From Camelus ferus (taxonomy: Eukaryota), in assembly GCF_009834535.1 (NCBI RefSeq), contig NC_045696.1:29142001-29206000 (forward strand): a stretch of DNA of 64,000 nt, in the 5' to 3' direction. Below are positions 52,265 to 62,497 of this stretch, piece after piece. Made by a program: the position numbers and the translations under genes. The notes under the pieces are model-generated. The model was not told where the DNA came from and made no database searches. It saw nothing but the letters and a program-made list of their open reading frames with translations. Position 1 is the stretch's first letter; every line of letters begins with the position of its first letter.

Positions 52265-54060
52265 TCTCTTCAACCAGTGAATGTAGCACCAGATGATGCA
52301 AGAAGCCATTTAAAAAAATCCAATGAAAACAACAAAGTATTAGAACTATTAACAGAATTCAACAAACTTTCTGGATACATAATCCACTTGAAATCAGTAT
52401 TTTTCTTATAAGCAACAGCCAACTAGAAAATATAGTAGAAAATAAGGCATCAGTCTCATTATTAACAAAATGATTACACATTTGAGAATCCAGTTTGTCA
52501 AAAAAGTACATAAGAACTTTCTGGAGAAAATATTTGAGTTCTATTAAAAGACACAAAAGAGGATTTAAAGATGTGAAAAAAATATATTTTATGCACATAG
52601 AGAAGCATTTAAATTTCTCTCCAAATCTACAAATCCAGTGATAATCTAGTTCAAGGTGAAATATGTTGTTAAAACTCAATAAACTAATTTTACTATTCAC
52701 ATTGAATAGAAATATTCACATATACATAAGTTAATTTTGATAAAGAATATAGATGTGTGATTCATCCAACCAGTTAGAATAAAAGGCAAAGAAGCTTAGC
52801 ACCAAGCATGGTATAGTACAGTGAGGAACAGGTATATAAATAAAGGGGATAAAAAGAGGAGGTATATATGGGGATTTCATATACAAAAAGATGTCACTAC
52901 AATCCAAAGAATTAATATTGTTAAAATGCCTACACTACCCAAAGCCATCTATAGATTCAACGAAATTCCTATTAAAATTTCTTTGACATTTTTCATGGAA
53001 ATAGGAAAAACATCCTAAAAAGCTATAATAATCAAAATGGTATGATACTGGAATAAAATCAGGCACATAGACCACTGGAACAGAAGAGAAAGCCCAGAAA
53101 TACACCTGCACATATACAATCAACTAGTATTTGATAAAGGAGCCAAGAATACCCAATGAGGATAAGATAGCCTCCGATAAATGACACTGGGAAAACTAGA
53201 TATTCAAATGCAAAATAATGAAATTGGCCCCCTATCTTACAACATTCATAAAAATAACTTGAAATATATTGAAGACTTTACCATAAAACCTGAAACTGTA
53301 AAACTCTCAGAAGAAAATATAGGGAAATAGCTACTTTACATTGGTCTTGGCAATGACTACTTGCACATTACGACAAAAGTACAAGCAACAAAAGCAAAAA
53401 TCAACAAGTGGGACTACATCAAACTAAAAAGTTCTGCACAGTAAAAGCAGCAATCAACAGAATAAAAAGGCAACCTATGAAATAGAAAAATATTTGCAAG
53501 CCAGTTGTTACTTAAGGGGTTAATATAAAAAATATATTAAGGAACTCATACAACTTAATAGCAAAAAGCAAATAATCTGATTAAGAAATGGGCAAAGGAC
53601 CTGAATAGATACTTTCTAAAGAAGACATGCAAATGGCCAACAAGTACATAAAAAGGTACTTAGCATCACTAATCATCAGAAAAATGCAAATGAAAACCAC
53701 AATGAAATATCACCTCATACCTATTAGAGTGGCTATTATCAGAAAATAAGAAATAACAAATGTTGGAGATGGTTTGGAGAAAAAGAAACCCTTGTGCACT
53801 GTTGGTTGGAATGTAAATTGGTACAACCACTATGGAAAACAGTGTGGAGGTTCCTTATGAAACTAAAGGTAGAACTATCATAAGATCCAGCAACCCACTT
53901 CTGTGTTTATATCTAAAGGAAATAAAATTATTATCTCAAAGAGACATCTACATTCCCATATTCATTGTAGTATTATCCACAATAGCTAAGATATGGAAAC
54001 AAACTAAATGTCTATCAGTAGATAAATGGATAAAGAAAATGCGGCATGCATATATATAAA

Positions 54061-54885
54061 AGGGTTGGGCAGAGGTCCCTTAGACCTGTCTGACCTGAAT
54101 AGACAGCCCAGATCTTCTCCTAGGGTGGACCAAGGGGTCACCTGAGTGGCTTCCTGCAGGGAAGGTGCCAGAAGGATGGTGAGCAGGTGAGCACCTCACT
54201 TCGGCACCCTCCTCAGACACATAGTGTGCCCATTTGGCCTCTAAAGTCACAGATTGTGACCAGGGGAAGCCACCAGGGAGTCTTGGAACCCTTCTGAGAT
54301 AAAGAAAGATAAAGGTTAAGAGACCCTTAAAAAGGAAGTGAAGGTACAAAGGTGGGAGAAGAAATGTGCTAAGGGATGGCATCTCTGTAATGACAACACT
54401 GCTTCATGTTTGACTAGCACTTTATTCTTTTTTAAACATATTTTCTATCTATTATCTTGTTTTGTCCTTAGCCTATCCTTCTAAGGTAGGTGTGGTAGGA
54501 GTTTCCTGATTTGGCAGCTGAAGAAAGTGAAACACAGGAGAGATGCTTATCCAAGATCACACAATAAGAGGGTGGCAGGGCAGGGACCAGGACCCCTGTC
54601 CCCAGTGCAGTGTCCCCCACCACACACACTGCCTACCTCTGCTATTTGAGAGACCTCTCTTGCCTGACCTCTCCTGGTCTCTCTCCTCTCTCTTTCCCCT
54701 GACCCACCAAAAATAATCAGAAGCAGCAGGAGGCCAGCTCATGGGGTTACTGGGAATGGGGAACAGATTGACTACAAAATGCCTGGGGTTGTGCCTCCAG
54801 AAGTCTCTTCCTATGTAGGCATTCCTGGGATGTGGGGAGGGCCCCTGGTGCTCAGCCTGGCCCTCCCACCTCCAATCCCCCTCTG
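54061..54885. other. GC-richer foreign segment inserted into a (TA)n tract of the L1
   Basis: L1 reads ...AAGAAAATGCGGCATGCATATATATAAAA | insert | AAAATGTATATAT...TATAAAATGGGATATTATTTGGCC. The insert shows no TIR, LTR ends or poly(A). Confidence 0.75.
54390..54635 (-). mobile_element. MIR-family SINE inside the foreign segment
   Basis: TAGCACTTTA...TATTATCTTGTTTTGTCCT...CAGCTGAAGAAAGTGAAAC...CTTATCCAAGATCACACA...GTGGCAG...CACACTGCCT. Confidence 0.7.
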
Positions 54886-55388
54886 TAAAAATGTATATAT
54901 ACATACAATAAATTATATATATATATATAAAATGGGATATTATTTGGCCATAAAAAAGAAGGAAATCCTGCCATATGCAACAACATAGATGGACTTTGAG
55001 AGCATTATGCTAAGTGCGATAAGTCAGACAGAGAAAGACAAATATTTTATGACCTAACTCTTATGTGAAATAAAAAAAAAAATAATGTAAAACAAACAAA
55101 CAAAAAAAAAAACCTTATAGAAAATGAGCATAGAATGATGTTTTCCAGAGGCTGGGGATTGGTCTAAGGGCACAAACTTCCATTTATAAGATAAATGAGT
55201 TCTGAGGATCTAATATATAGCATGGTGACTAAAGTTAATAGTATTCTATTATATATATTTGAAAATTTCTAAGAGAGTAAATCTTAAATGTTCTCACCAC
55301 ACACACATACACACACACAAAAAAACATAATTATGTGAAGTGATGAATGTCTTAATTAACCTTATTCTAGTAATCATTTTGCAATACA

Positions 55389-55854
55389 TGTCAACTAAAA
55401 AAAATGCACATTAGAGCTAGGAGGTGAGTTTTATTCAGTGGCTTACTGAGAACCATCAGTCCAGGAGGCAGCCTCTCAGATAGCACTGAGGAACTGCTCC
55501 AAAGAGGTAGGGGAGGAGCCAGATTATACATATGAATTTTTTTGTCTGGGAAATACATGTAGTCAAGCATATGTCTTGGTAAAGAATTACTATTAATCAC
55601 ATGCACATACACACAAAACAGATAACTAGAGTTAAAGATTTCAGTGCCTATCTATGTATAGGAAGATGCAAAAATCTGGGGTCCTTGAATTTCTTCCTCA
55701 GGTATGCATTTTAACTATCTAGGAGCCCATATATCCAAAACACCAAATACTTCATCCTGAATTCCTTGCAGGATGTATGTGGGTATTTGGAGGCCGTGAC
55801 TGTAGTGGGTAATGACTTGATCCTTGTAGAATTGGAATGGTGGGCAACATTCTT

Positions 55855-55855
<1 letters not shown>
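55389..55855 (-). mobile_element. ERV1-class LTR inserted in the L1 3' UTR
   Basis: TGTCAACTAAAAAAAATGCAC...TTTTATT (minus-strand AATAAA)...CAGCCTCTCAGATAGCACTGAGGAACTGCTCC. Confidence 0.75.
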
Positions 55856-55857
<2 letters not shown>

Positions 55858-55903
<46 letters not shown>

Positions 55904-56000
55904 ATACAGAGGCTGGGGATTGGTCTAAGGGCACAAACTATATATATACACACACACACACACATATGTATACATATATGTCATATATATATGTGTATAC
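55858..56000. repeat. (TG)n / (TA)n(CA)n microsatellite containing a 33-bp insert
   Basis: Directly visible. Confidence 0.95.
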
Positions 56001-56716
56001 ATATCAAATCATCGTGTTGTATACCTTACATTTATACAAGATTATGCATCAATTATATCTCAATATAGCTGGGGAAAAAAGATAGCATTACAAAATTATG
56101 GGGAAAGGAAAGATATTTTTCATGTTATTATAGGGAAAATTGTCTCACTATATGGAGAAAATTAAATCTGGATTTCTACTTCATCTGTCTGTTGATATGT
56201 ATCAATACCTTTCATAGTTTTATAATAAATCAGTCATCTAGTGAGTAAACGGGTTTTCCTGAGTTATGTGAGTCATTCTAGCACATTAATTGAACCTGAA
56301 GAGGGGGTGGTAGTGTAAGCAAACAGGGTAGGGGCTCCCCAGAGAAAAAAGAACCAGGCATAGCTTTCTTGACATCTTTGGCCTAAATAATTTTGTGATC
56401 CAAGCCTGGCCACAATGCTTGCCCTTGAATTGGTCTCAGTAATTAATGATCTTAAGGGAACAAAGGAATGCAGGAACAAAGGAAAAGCAATCAAGAAACA
56501 ATTGTTCAGAGATACAATAGGGTCCTAGTTCCTCTTCAAGGGATTTACATAACAATCTAATACATTATCACTGAGTTCTGCAGGAACTAAGATCCCCATC
56601 CAGGTGGAGGATGGGAACGACACTCTGAGACCCCAGACTGATGGGAACCTATGGAATGATGCTGTTGACCTTTTCTGATGCTCATGACTTCAATCAAGTA
56701 AAGAGTGAGCTCTGTC

Positions 56717-57538
56717 TGCCCCCCTTATAAGGGATGGAAATACCTGTTGGTATTCATAGACACCTTTACAGGATGGGTAGCAGCTTTCCTCACCAGAACA
56801 GAAAAAGGAATAGAAGTGTCAAAATTTCTGCTCAAAAAATAATACTAAGGTTTGGGTTACCAAAAAGTTTACAGAGTGATAATGAACCCTCCTTCTCTGC
56901 CAAGGTGACTCAACAGGTTTCTTCAACTCTGGGTATTAACTATGCCTCCACTCTTCCTGGAGGCCCCAGTCCTCAGGCAAGGTAGAAAAAGCAAATCACG
57001 TTCTAAAAAGAACACTTGCTAAACTATGCCAGCAAACTTCAGAAACCGTCCTGCCTATAGCCCTTCTAAGAATAAGAACGGCCCCTAAGGGAATTTTAGA
57101 ACTTAGCCCATTTGAAATGATGTATGTAAGGCCCTTTTTAACTGCAGATTTCCTGTTTGATGAGGAGATGCATAAACTAGTCTCCCACATTATTAGCTTG
57201 AGCCAAGTTCAAGGAGCCCTCCAGGAATATGCAAACAAAGTGTTGTCCTTTCCCGAAGAGGAAGAAGTTAAAGTCCCCGTCCAGTCAGGGGATTCTGCCT
57301 TACTAAAAACTTGGAAGGAGGGTCCCCTGAAGACCTGCTGCAACCAAAATGGAAGGGACCATATCAGGTATTACTAAGCACCCCAACTGACGTTAAGCTA
57401 CGAGGAATTGCTAGTTGGGTACATCTGTCCAGAATAAAACCTATAGCTTATAAGCCCCAACAGGAACCAGGAGAGACCTACACTTGCGAGGCAATACAAG
57501 ACCTCAGGTACCTGTTTAAAAAAAACAGTACCATGTAG
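56717..57538 (+). pseudogene. pol: Gammaretrovirus-like (ERV1) pol integrase fragment, frameshifted
   Basis: PPYKGWKYLLVFIDTFTGWVAAF...RFGLPKSLQSDNEPSF...WRPQSSGKVEKANH (rve core) and [33 protein letters not shown] (GPY/F C-terminal domain). Confidence 0.93.
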
Positions 57539-58199
57539 TGATGATTACAATAGTTCATAACTGCTTACATATATCCAATTAAAGCTCCTAAAATAAGTAT
57601 TTTAATATACAGTGGGAAAGATGTATGTTTTCAGTAAAAGAATTTCATAAAATACAAAAATTTCATGCATGATCAGGATTTTAAATATTTAACAAATTCT
57701 AAAAGTTCTTTGTAGCTCCAGCTAACTTTGAGATGCTTTAAATTTAGGAAACCTGGGGCATCTTAGATATTAAGTTAACCTGGATTTTTTTAATATGTTA
57801 AGTTAAATATAATCAGTCATATTATATCAGTCAACAAGTCTATCGATTGAAGATGTTTAACTGCCTTTTAAGTCTTTTTGTTGTTACAGACCATCAAACT
57901 GCTGTTACAAAAGTGTGTCATCTTTAAGAAAATTCATCAGAAGTCAATGGAAACACTGGGTTACAGCAGCCCCACATGAGATGCTGGCTGTGCAAGGATT
58001 CAAGTCCACACCCTCAGCCCTTGGATGCAAAAACAAAAGGCTATCCTGCCCCTGGGGCCCCTAGATTAGACATTAGAGATTTTTACTCCCTGATAGGCAG
58101 GGTCAATGCCCCTACTCAGCCTGGAAGCAGTTTCAGAAGACCGACCTTTGCCCCTTTGCAACCCCATAGATTATGGGAGTAAAATCTCTGAGGGGGGAA

Positions 58200-58838
58200 T
58201 GAGACAGGGAGGAGGCAATGCATAGCCATTCAAGGAATGCTACAGAAATTAACATCAAAATGGTGAAAGATTCCACCCCTAGTAGGCCTCGAGGATCAAA
58301 ATGATGGGAGATTTAACTTCTAGTAGATCTTGAGCTTCATTATATGCCCATTGTAATATATTAACATGGTGAGTAACATGCCCACAGGCCCATGGCTGTC
58401 CCAAGGCTAGCCACAAAAGGTCAAAGCGGGAAATGGCCAACTTCTTGGGAATCCCAGCCCTTTCCCCAGGCTAGCTAGACTGGTCCTTCCACTTATTAGC
58501 ATATGAAGCTACCAAAGCCCATAAAAACTGTCAACAAGGTGCCTCATGGTGGCTGCCTCTCTCTCTCTCTCTCCATTCAGAAATGGCCCATACTCTGTTT
58601 ATGGAGTGTGTATCTACTTTTACTCTAATCTAAGCACCCAACCCCCACACCTTGTGACCTTTCTCTTGCCTTTCAATATATCTCTCTAAATAAATCTACC
58701 TTTACTCAACTGTGACTCGCTCGTGGATTCTTTCCTGCATGAAGCCAAGGACCCACACTTGGTGGGGCACGTCCCAGGGGCTCAGCCAAAGCCTGGGACA
58801 TGGCCCTCCTCATGCCCCACATCTGTTTTCTTGCATCA
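58200..58838 (+). mobile_element. ERV 3' LTR preceded by polypurine tract and env-tail remnant
   Basis: PPT GAGGGGGGAA at 58190-58199; LTR TGAGAC...GCATCA; CATAAAA at ~58520; AATAAA at ~58688. Confidence 0.85.
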
Positions 58839-58990
58839 AAATTACATAAGTCTTATTGTTATGTCTCTGAAAAAGGTGCTTTGAACAAGTCTTATTAGTT
58901 ATTATTTTATCTATCCCCAAATATTTATTCTAGATAACCGATTTCCAGTCATGCTTCTCTTATTGAAAAATAATAAAGGATACTTCTTTC

Positions 58991-58994
58991 AACA

Positions 58995-59031
<37 letters not shown>
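58991..59031. repeat. (CA)n microsatellite, probable decayed poly(A) tail
   Basis: Starts 13 nt after AATAAA (58972-58977) and ends directly before the target duplication. Confidence 0.85.
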
Positions 59032-59034
<3 letters not shown>

Positions 59035-60462
59035 TGAACTCTGTCAATTTTTGTCCCCACTCTATGCTGAATCCACTATGCTTAAGCCCTCTCATGAATA
59101 TACATACAGTGCCCAAGCCTCTTCATGAATATGCATGTACCCTTAGCTTAAAACATCCCCAATTTTGATGTTTGGAGAGACACTGCTTTGGGAGAGATCC
59201 CCAGTGTTCCCCTTACTTGCTGCAAGTAACAAATCTTTCCTTCCCCAGCTCTCTGGCTTGGTCGTATCTTTTGGCTCAACACCCACCAAGAGGCAAACCC
59301 AGTTTTCAGGTAACAGTGGGAACCTCTGATTTACCACCAGCTGGTCAGAGAAAACAACTTGGACTTGTGATTGGCATCCTGAGTGGGAGGGGACTGTGGG
59401 AATCCCCAGTTTTAGGCAGTTGGTTAGAAGCGTAGGAAACAACATGGGCTTATCATTGGTGTCTTGAGTGGAGGGTGATCAAACCTGCAGAATCTGCTTC
59501 TGTCTCTAGGTAAACAGGAAACTGAGTTGAATTCTCAGACATCCTGCTGGCATCTGAGAATTTCTTGGTGTGGGGAAGCCTCCACTCATACTCCGCAATT
59601 GGGTCCAGGAAACTTTTGGAACAAGTAACTGCACATCTCCAAGAAAAAGACAAGAAAGCTTGATAGAAAAATGAACAAAACATCTGAAAAATTAATTTGC
59701 AGAAGAATTCAAACATATGACAAGCATATGTAGAGCTGTTCAAACTTACTATTGATCAAATAATTACAATTTAACAATGAGATATAACTTTATATTAATC
59801 AGTATATTTAAAATCAGAACATGGTGTCATTCCAGTTATTGGCAAGGATGTGGGCAGACAGGAACTTTCATGCTGTGCTGGCAGTGTATACTGCAACAGC
59901 TATTCTGGAAAGCCATCTGGCAATATTTAGCAAAATTACGTATGCGTGTTTCCTATGACACAGAAATCTGTCTTAGTATATATTCCAGAAAACACTTGCA
60001 CAAATCAGTATGATGATATTTATAGAAAGACTCATCTTAGCATTTTTTTTTTATAGTTATAGAAAACATGAGTGTCCTAGGTGTTCATCACCAGGACATT
60101 GGTCAGGAAAATGTGACAGATACGAACTATAAGGCAGCTGCAGGACACAGTGAGCTGCATGTGCATATAGTAGTACAGACGGCCCCAAAACAGAGCATTG
60201 CCCAAGGCAGAAATTGATCAATGTCACCACATACACACACATGCATGTGTGTGTGAGCACACAGATACACCCCAAAAAAGTAGTAATTTATTCCATCATT
60301 TGAATTAGTTGGAATGATATGATTTTAGATCAGATATGTATGTTTAACAGTTACTATCTATGAAAGACTTAATCAAATGTCTGTGTATACATATGCATGT
60401 ATATGTGTATATACGTGTGTGTATGAAATATATTTTTAAAAGGCATAGTTAAGGTTATCATC

Positions 60463-60815
60463 TGTCTTAGTTCAAGCTGCTACAACACCATACTATAGAA
60501 TAGGAGGTTTAAAAAGAACAGAAATTTATTTCTTCGAGTTTTTAAAGTTGGAAGTCCAAGATCAGGGTGCTGGAATGGGTAGGTTCTGGTGAGAACACTC
60601 TTACAGATTACAAACTGCCAACTTTTCTTTGTATTCTCACATACTGGAGTGAGAGAGCGGCTCTAGGATTATTTTTACAAGGGCACTAATTCTATTCATG
60701 AAGGCTCCACCCTCATGACCTCCGAAAGACCCCAGCTCCTAACACCATCACATGGGGGACTTAGGATGTCAACATATACATTTTGAAGGGACACAAACAT
60801 CATCACAATATATAA
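60463..60815 (-). mobile_element. MaLR solo LTR (MLT1A-like) with 5-bp TSD
   Basis: TGTCTTAGTTCAAGCTGCT...GGAAGTCCAAGATCAGGGTG...AAGGGCACTAATTCTATTCATGAAGGCTCCACCCTCATGACC; TCATC at 60458-60462 and 60816-60820. Confidence 0.88.
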
Positions 60816-62298
60816 TCATCACAGTACATAAGGATTTCAAACATCTTTATCCCCATGATTCAATTACAAAGTGATGGCATTTAAATTTTCTGATATTCAA
60901 AGTATTTAGAAAAAGATGCTTGAACTGTTTCTTTAATTACAACTATAGTGATTGTACGGTTCTGGTATTTGTTTTGTGAGAACTGCTGAGAAAAATGCAG
61001 AGAACTGCTTTGTAGCCAAGTGGTGACAGTATCAATTATCCTTCATACAATTTAAATTCTTTCCTGAGCTTTCTGCAAATTTGCAGATTAAAGCTGGAGT
61101 CAGAGGAGTGTTCTGAGAACACATAAGGGACAGTAAAATGAATTTTGCTTTTAAAATTTTTGATGGAAAAGAAAAGAAAATTTAATCAGCCACTTTACAT
61201 TATTGATTACCAGCAGGATTTTGACTGTCATAGGTAAATGTCAGGAACACTAATTAGATTATTTCACAATTTATGTGAAGATTAACAGCAGAATTTATTG
61301 CATAGAGAATACAAAAGTCAGAAAAAAGAGTTTTATTCTTTTAAGTCTTTTCTTTCCTCATAAGGCTGCTTTCTTTTCCGATACCTTTTATATCCGGAAG
61401 ATGATGGATCAAACTGTGCACAGCTCAGAATACAGATTGGCACTGGAATGTTCTGTAAGTTTAGTATGCAGACGGTGTGATTCTTATTCCTGATATGCCA
61501 AGGGTCTGCATAGCCACATGGAAAGATTAATTACGGCTCACATCAATTTCGGCCTCTAGATGTCATGTAAAGAACATAACATCAGAGAGGAAGCTGCAGA
61601 ATTTTTATTATGGCCATCTGAGAAAATGTATGGGTTGGGGGAAAAAGGGGACTCTTGTACCCTTTTACAGGTTGTGCATTGTTTTACTAGGCAAGCAAAG
61701 GCAGACAGGCTGAAAATCACATCTTGGAAGTGCTGTTAAGAGATGCTCACCTCGCTTCAATCAGTCCACTCTAAGGTTTAAAAGAAGAGGGATGAGGATT
61801 CATAAGAGGTGCGTTCCTATGACCAGTCTCCAAGACTGAAAGTGATACTGCCGATAGCATTCAGAGTATTCAAGGCAGTGCAGCAAATAGTCAGACAGAA
61901 ATCAGAAAAAAACAAGAATTAGGATTTCTGGGCATTTTAATGATCTTCCCTTGAAAACAGAATGAACAGGATAGAAGCAGATTTGAATGAATCTTAATTA
62001 AATTATTATATATGTTTAATTACAGTGTTTTAGTGTGAGACCAGACACATGATATGGGCTTCAATTTTTGTGCAAGCTGCTTCACAGCAGGGAAATAAAA
62101 TGTGCTTCAGCCTGTTTTGCAAAACCGAGCAAAAAGGGGACTAGATGAGTCACAGGAAAAATCCATCACAAGAATTGTATAACACGGATTAGAAAAGGAG
62201 ACCATATCCGTTCATCCCTATGTTTCTTACAATCTTCAGTTAATTCATCACAGTGTAGCTCCCTGGATATTTAAGGACAATAGAAAATGTCCACAAAC

Positions 62299-62497
62299 CC
62301 TCCTCTTATTTCCATTTGTAGCTCGAGGGTGCAGCGGGCTGCAAACAACAAGCCATTTAAATACCTCCCAAGCGCGAGCAGGCGAGCTTGCTGTAAGATG
62401 AGCAAGGAAACACAAAGCAGACAGACAGTGAGGATAGGGAAATCATGCAGAAGAACCAAAAGGAAGGAAGAGAAGCAAAGCATACGAAAATGAGAGT
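62299..62497 (-). other. Candidate 3' splice site and alternative exon of an unidentified minus-strand gene
   Basis: Minus strand has a long pyrimidine tract with no AG over 62497-62393, then CTTACAG| at 62391. Possible donors are GAG|GTATTT (26-nt exon) and AGG|GTTTGT (92-nt exon). Locally CpG-rich. Confidence 0.4.

Larger units (their letters stand above)
52903..56075 (+). mobile_element. 5'-truncated L1MA8/9-like LINE-1 with degenerate TSD
   Basis: [24 protein letters not shown] through to the ORF2 end and a 3' UTR ending CAATTATATCTCAATATAGCTGGGGAAAAAA; TSD AAAAAGATGTCACTACAA (52885-52902) / AAAAAGATAGCATTACAA (56076-56093). Confidence 0.9.
56314..59315 (+). mobile_element. ERV1-class solo LTR split into 56314-56716 and 59032-59315
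   Basis: Starts TGTAAGC and ends GGTAACA; flanks GTAG / GTGG (degenerate 4-bp TSD); the halves join at the duplicated GAGTGA(G/A)CTCTGTC. Confidence 0.75.
56195..59610 (+). mobile_element. MER21-like LTR split into ~56195-56313 and 59316-59610
   Basis: TTTTCCTGAGTTATGTGAGTCATTCTAGCACATTAATTGAACCTGAAGAGGGGG | GTGGGAACCTCTGATTTA...GGTCAGA...GGACTTGTGATTGGCATC. Confidence 0.75.
52290..60280 (+). mobile_element. Ancient L1ME-type element hosting nested insertions (pieces ~52290-52900, 56076-56190, 59640-60280)
   Basis: Colinear ORF2 3' motifs: TATTAGAACTATTAACAGAATTCAACAAAC; TGGAGAAAATTAAATCTGGATTTCTACTTCA; GGCAAGGATGTGGGC...CTGGAAAGCCATCTGGCAATATTTAG. Confidence 0.7.

Noticed and set aside
55711..56085. 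ORFs with CVCVCV / HTHTHT runs
   Set aside because: Translations of (TG)n/(CA)n microsatellites.
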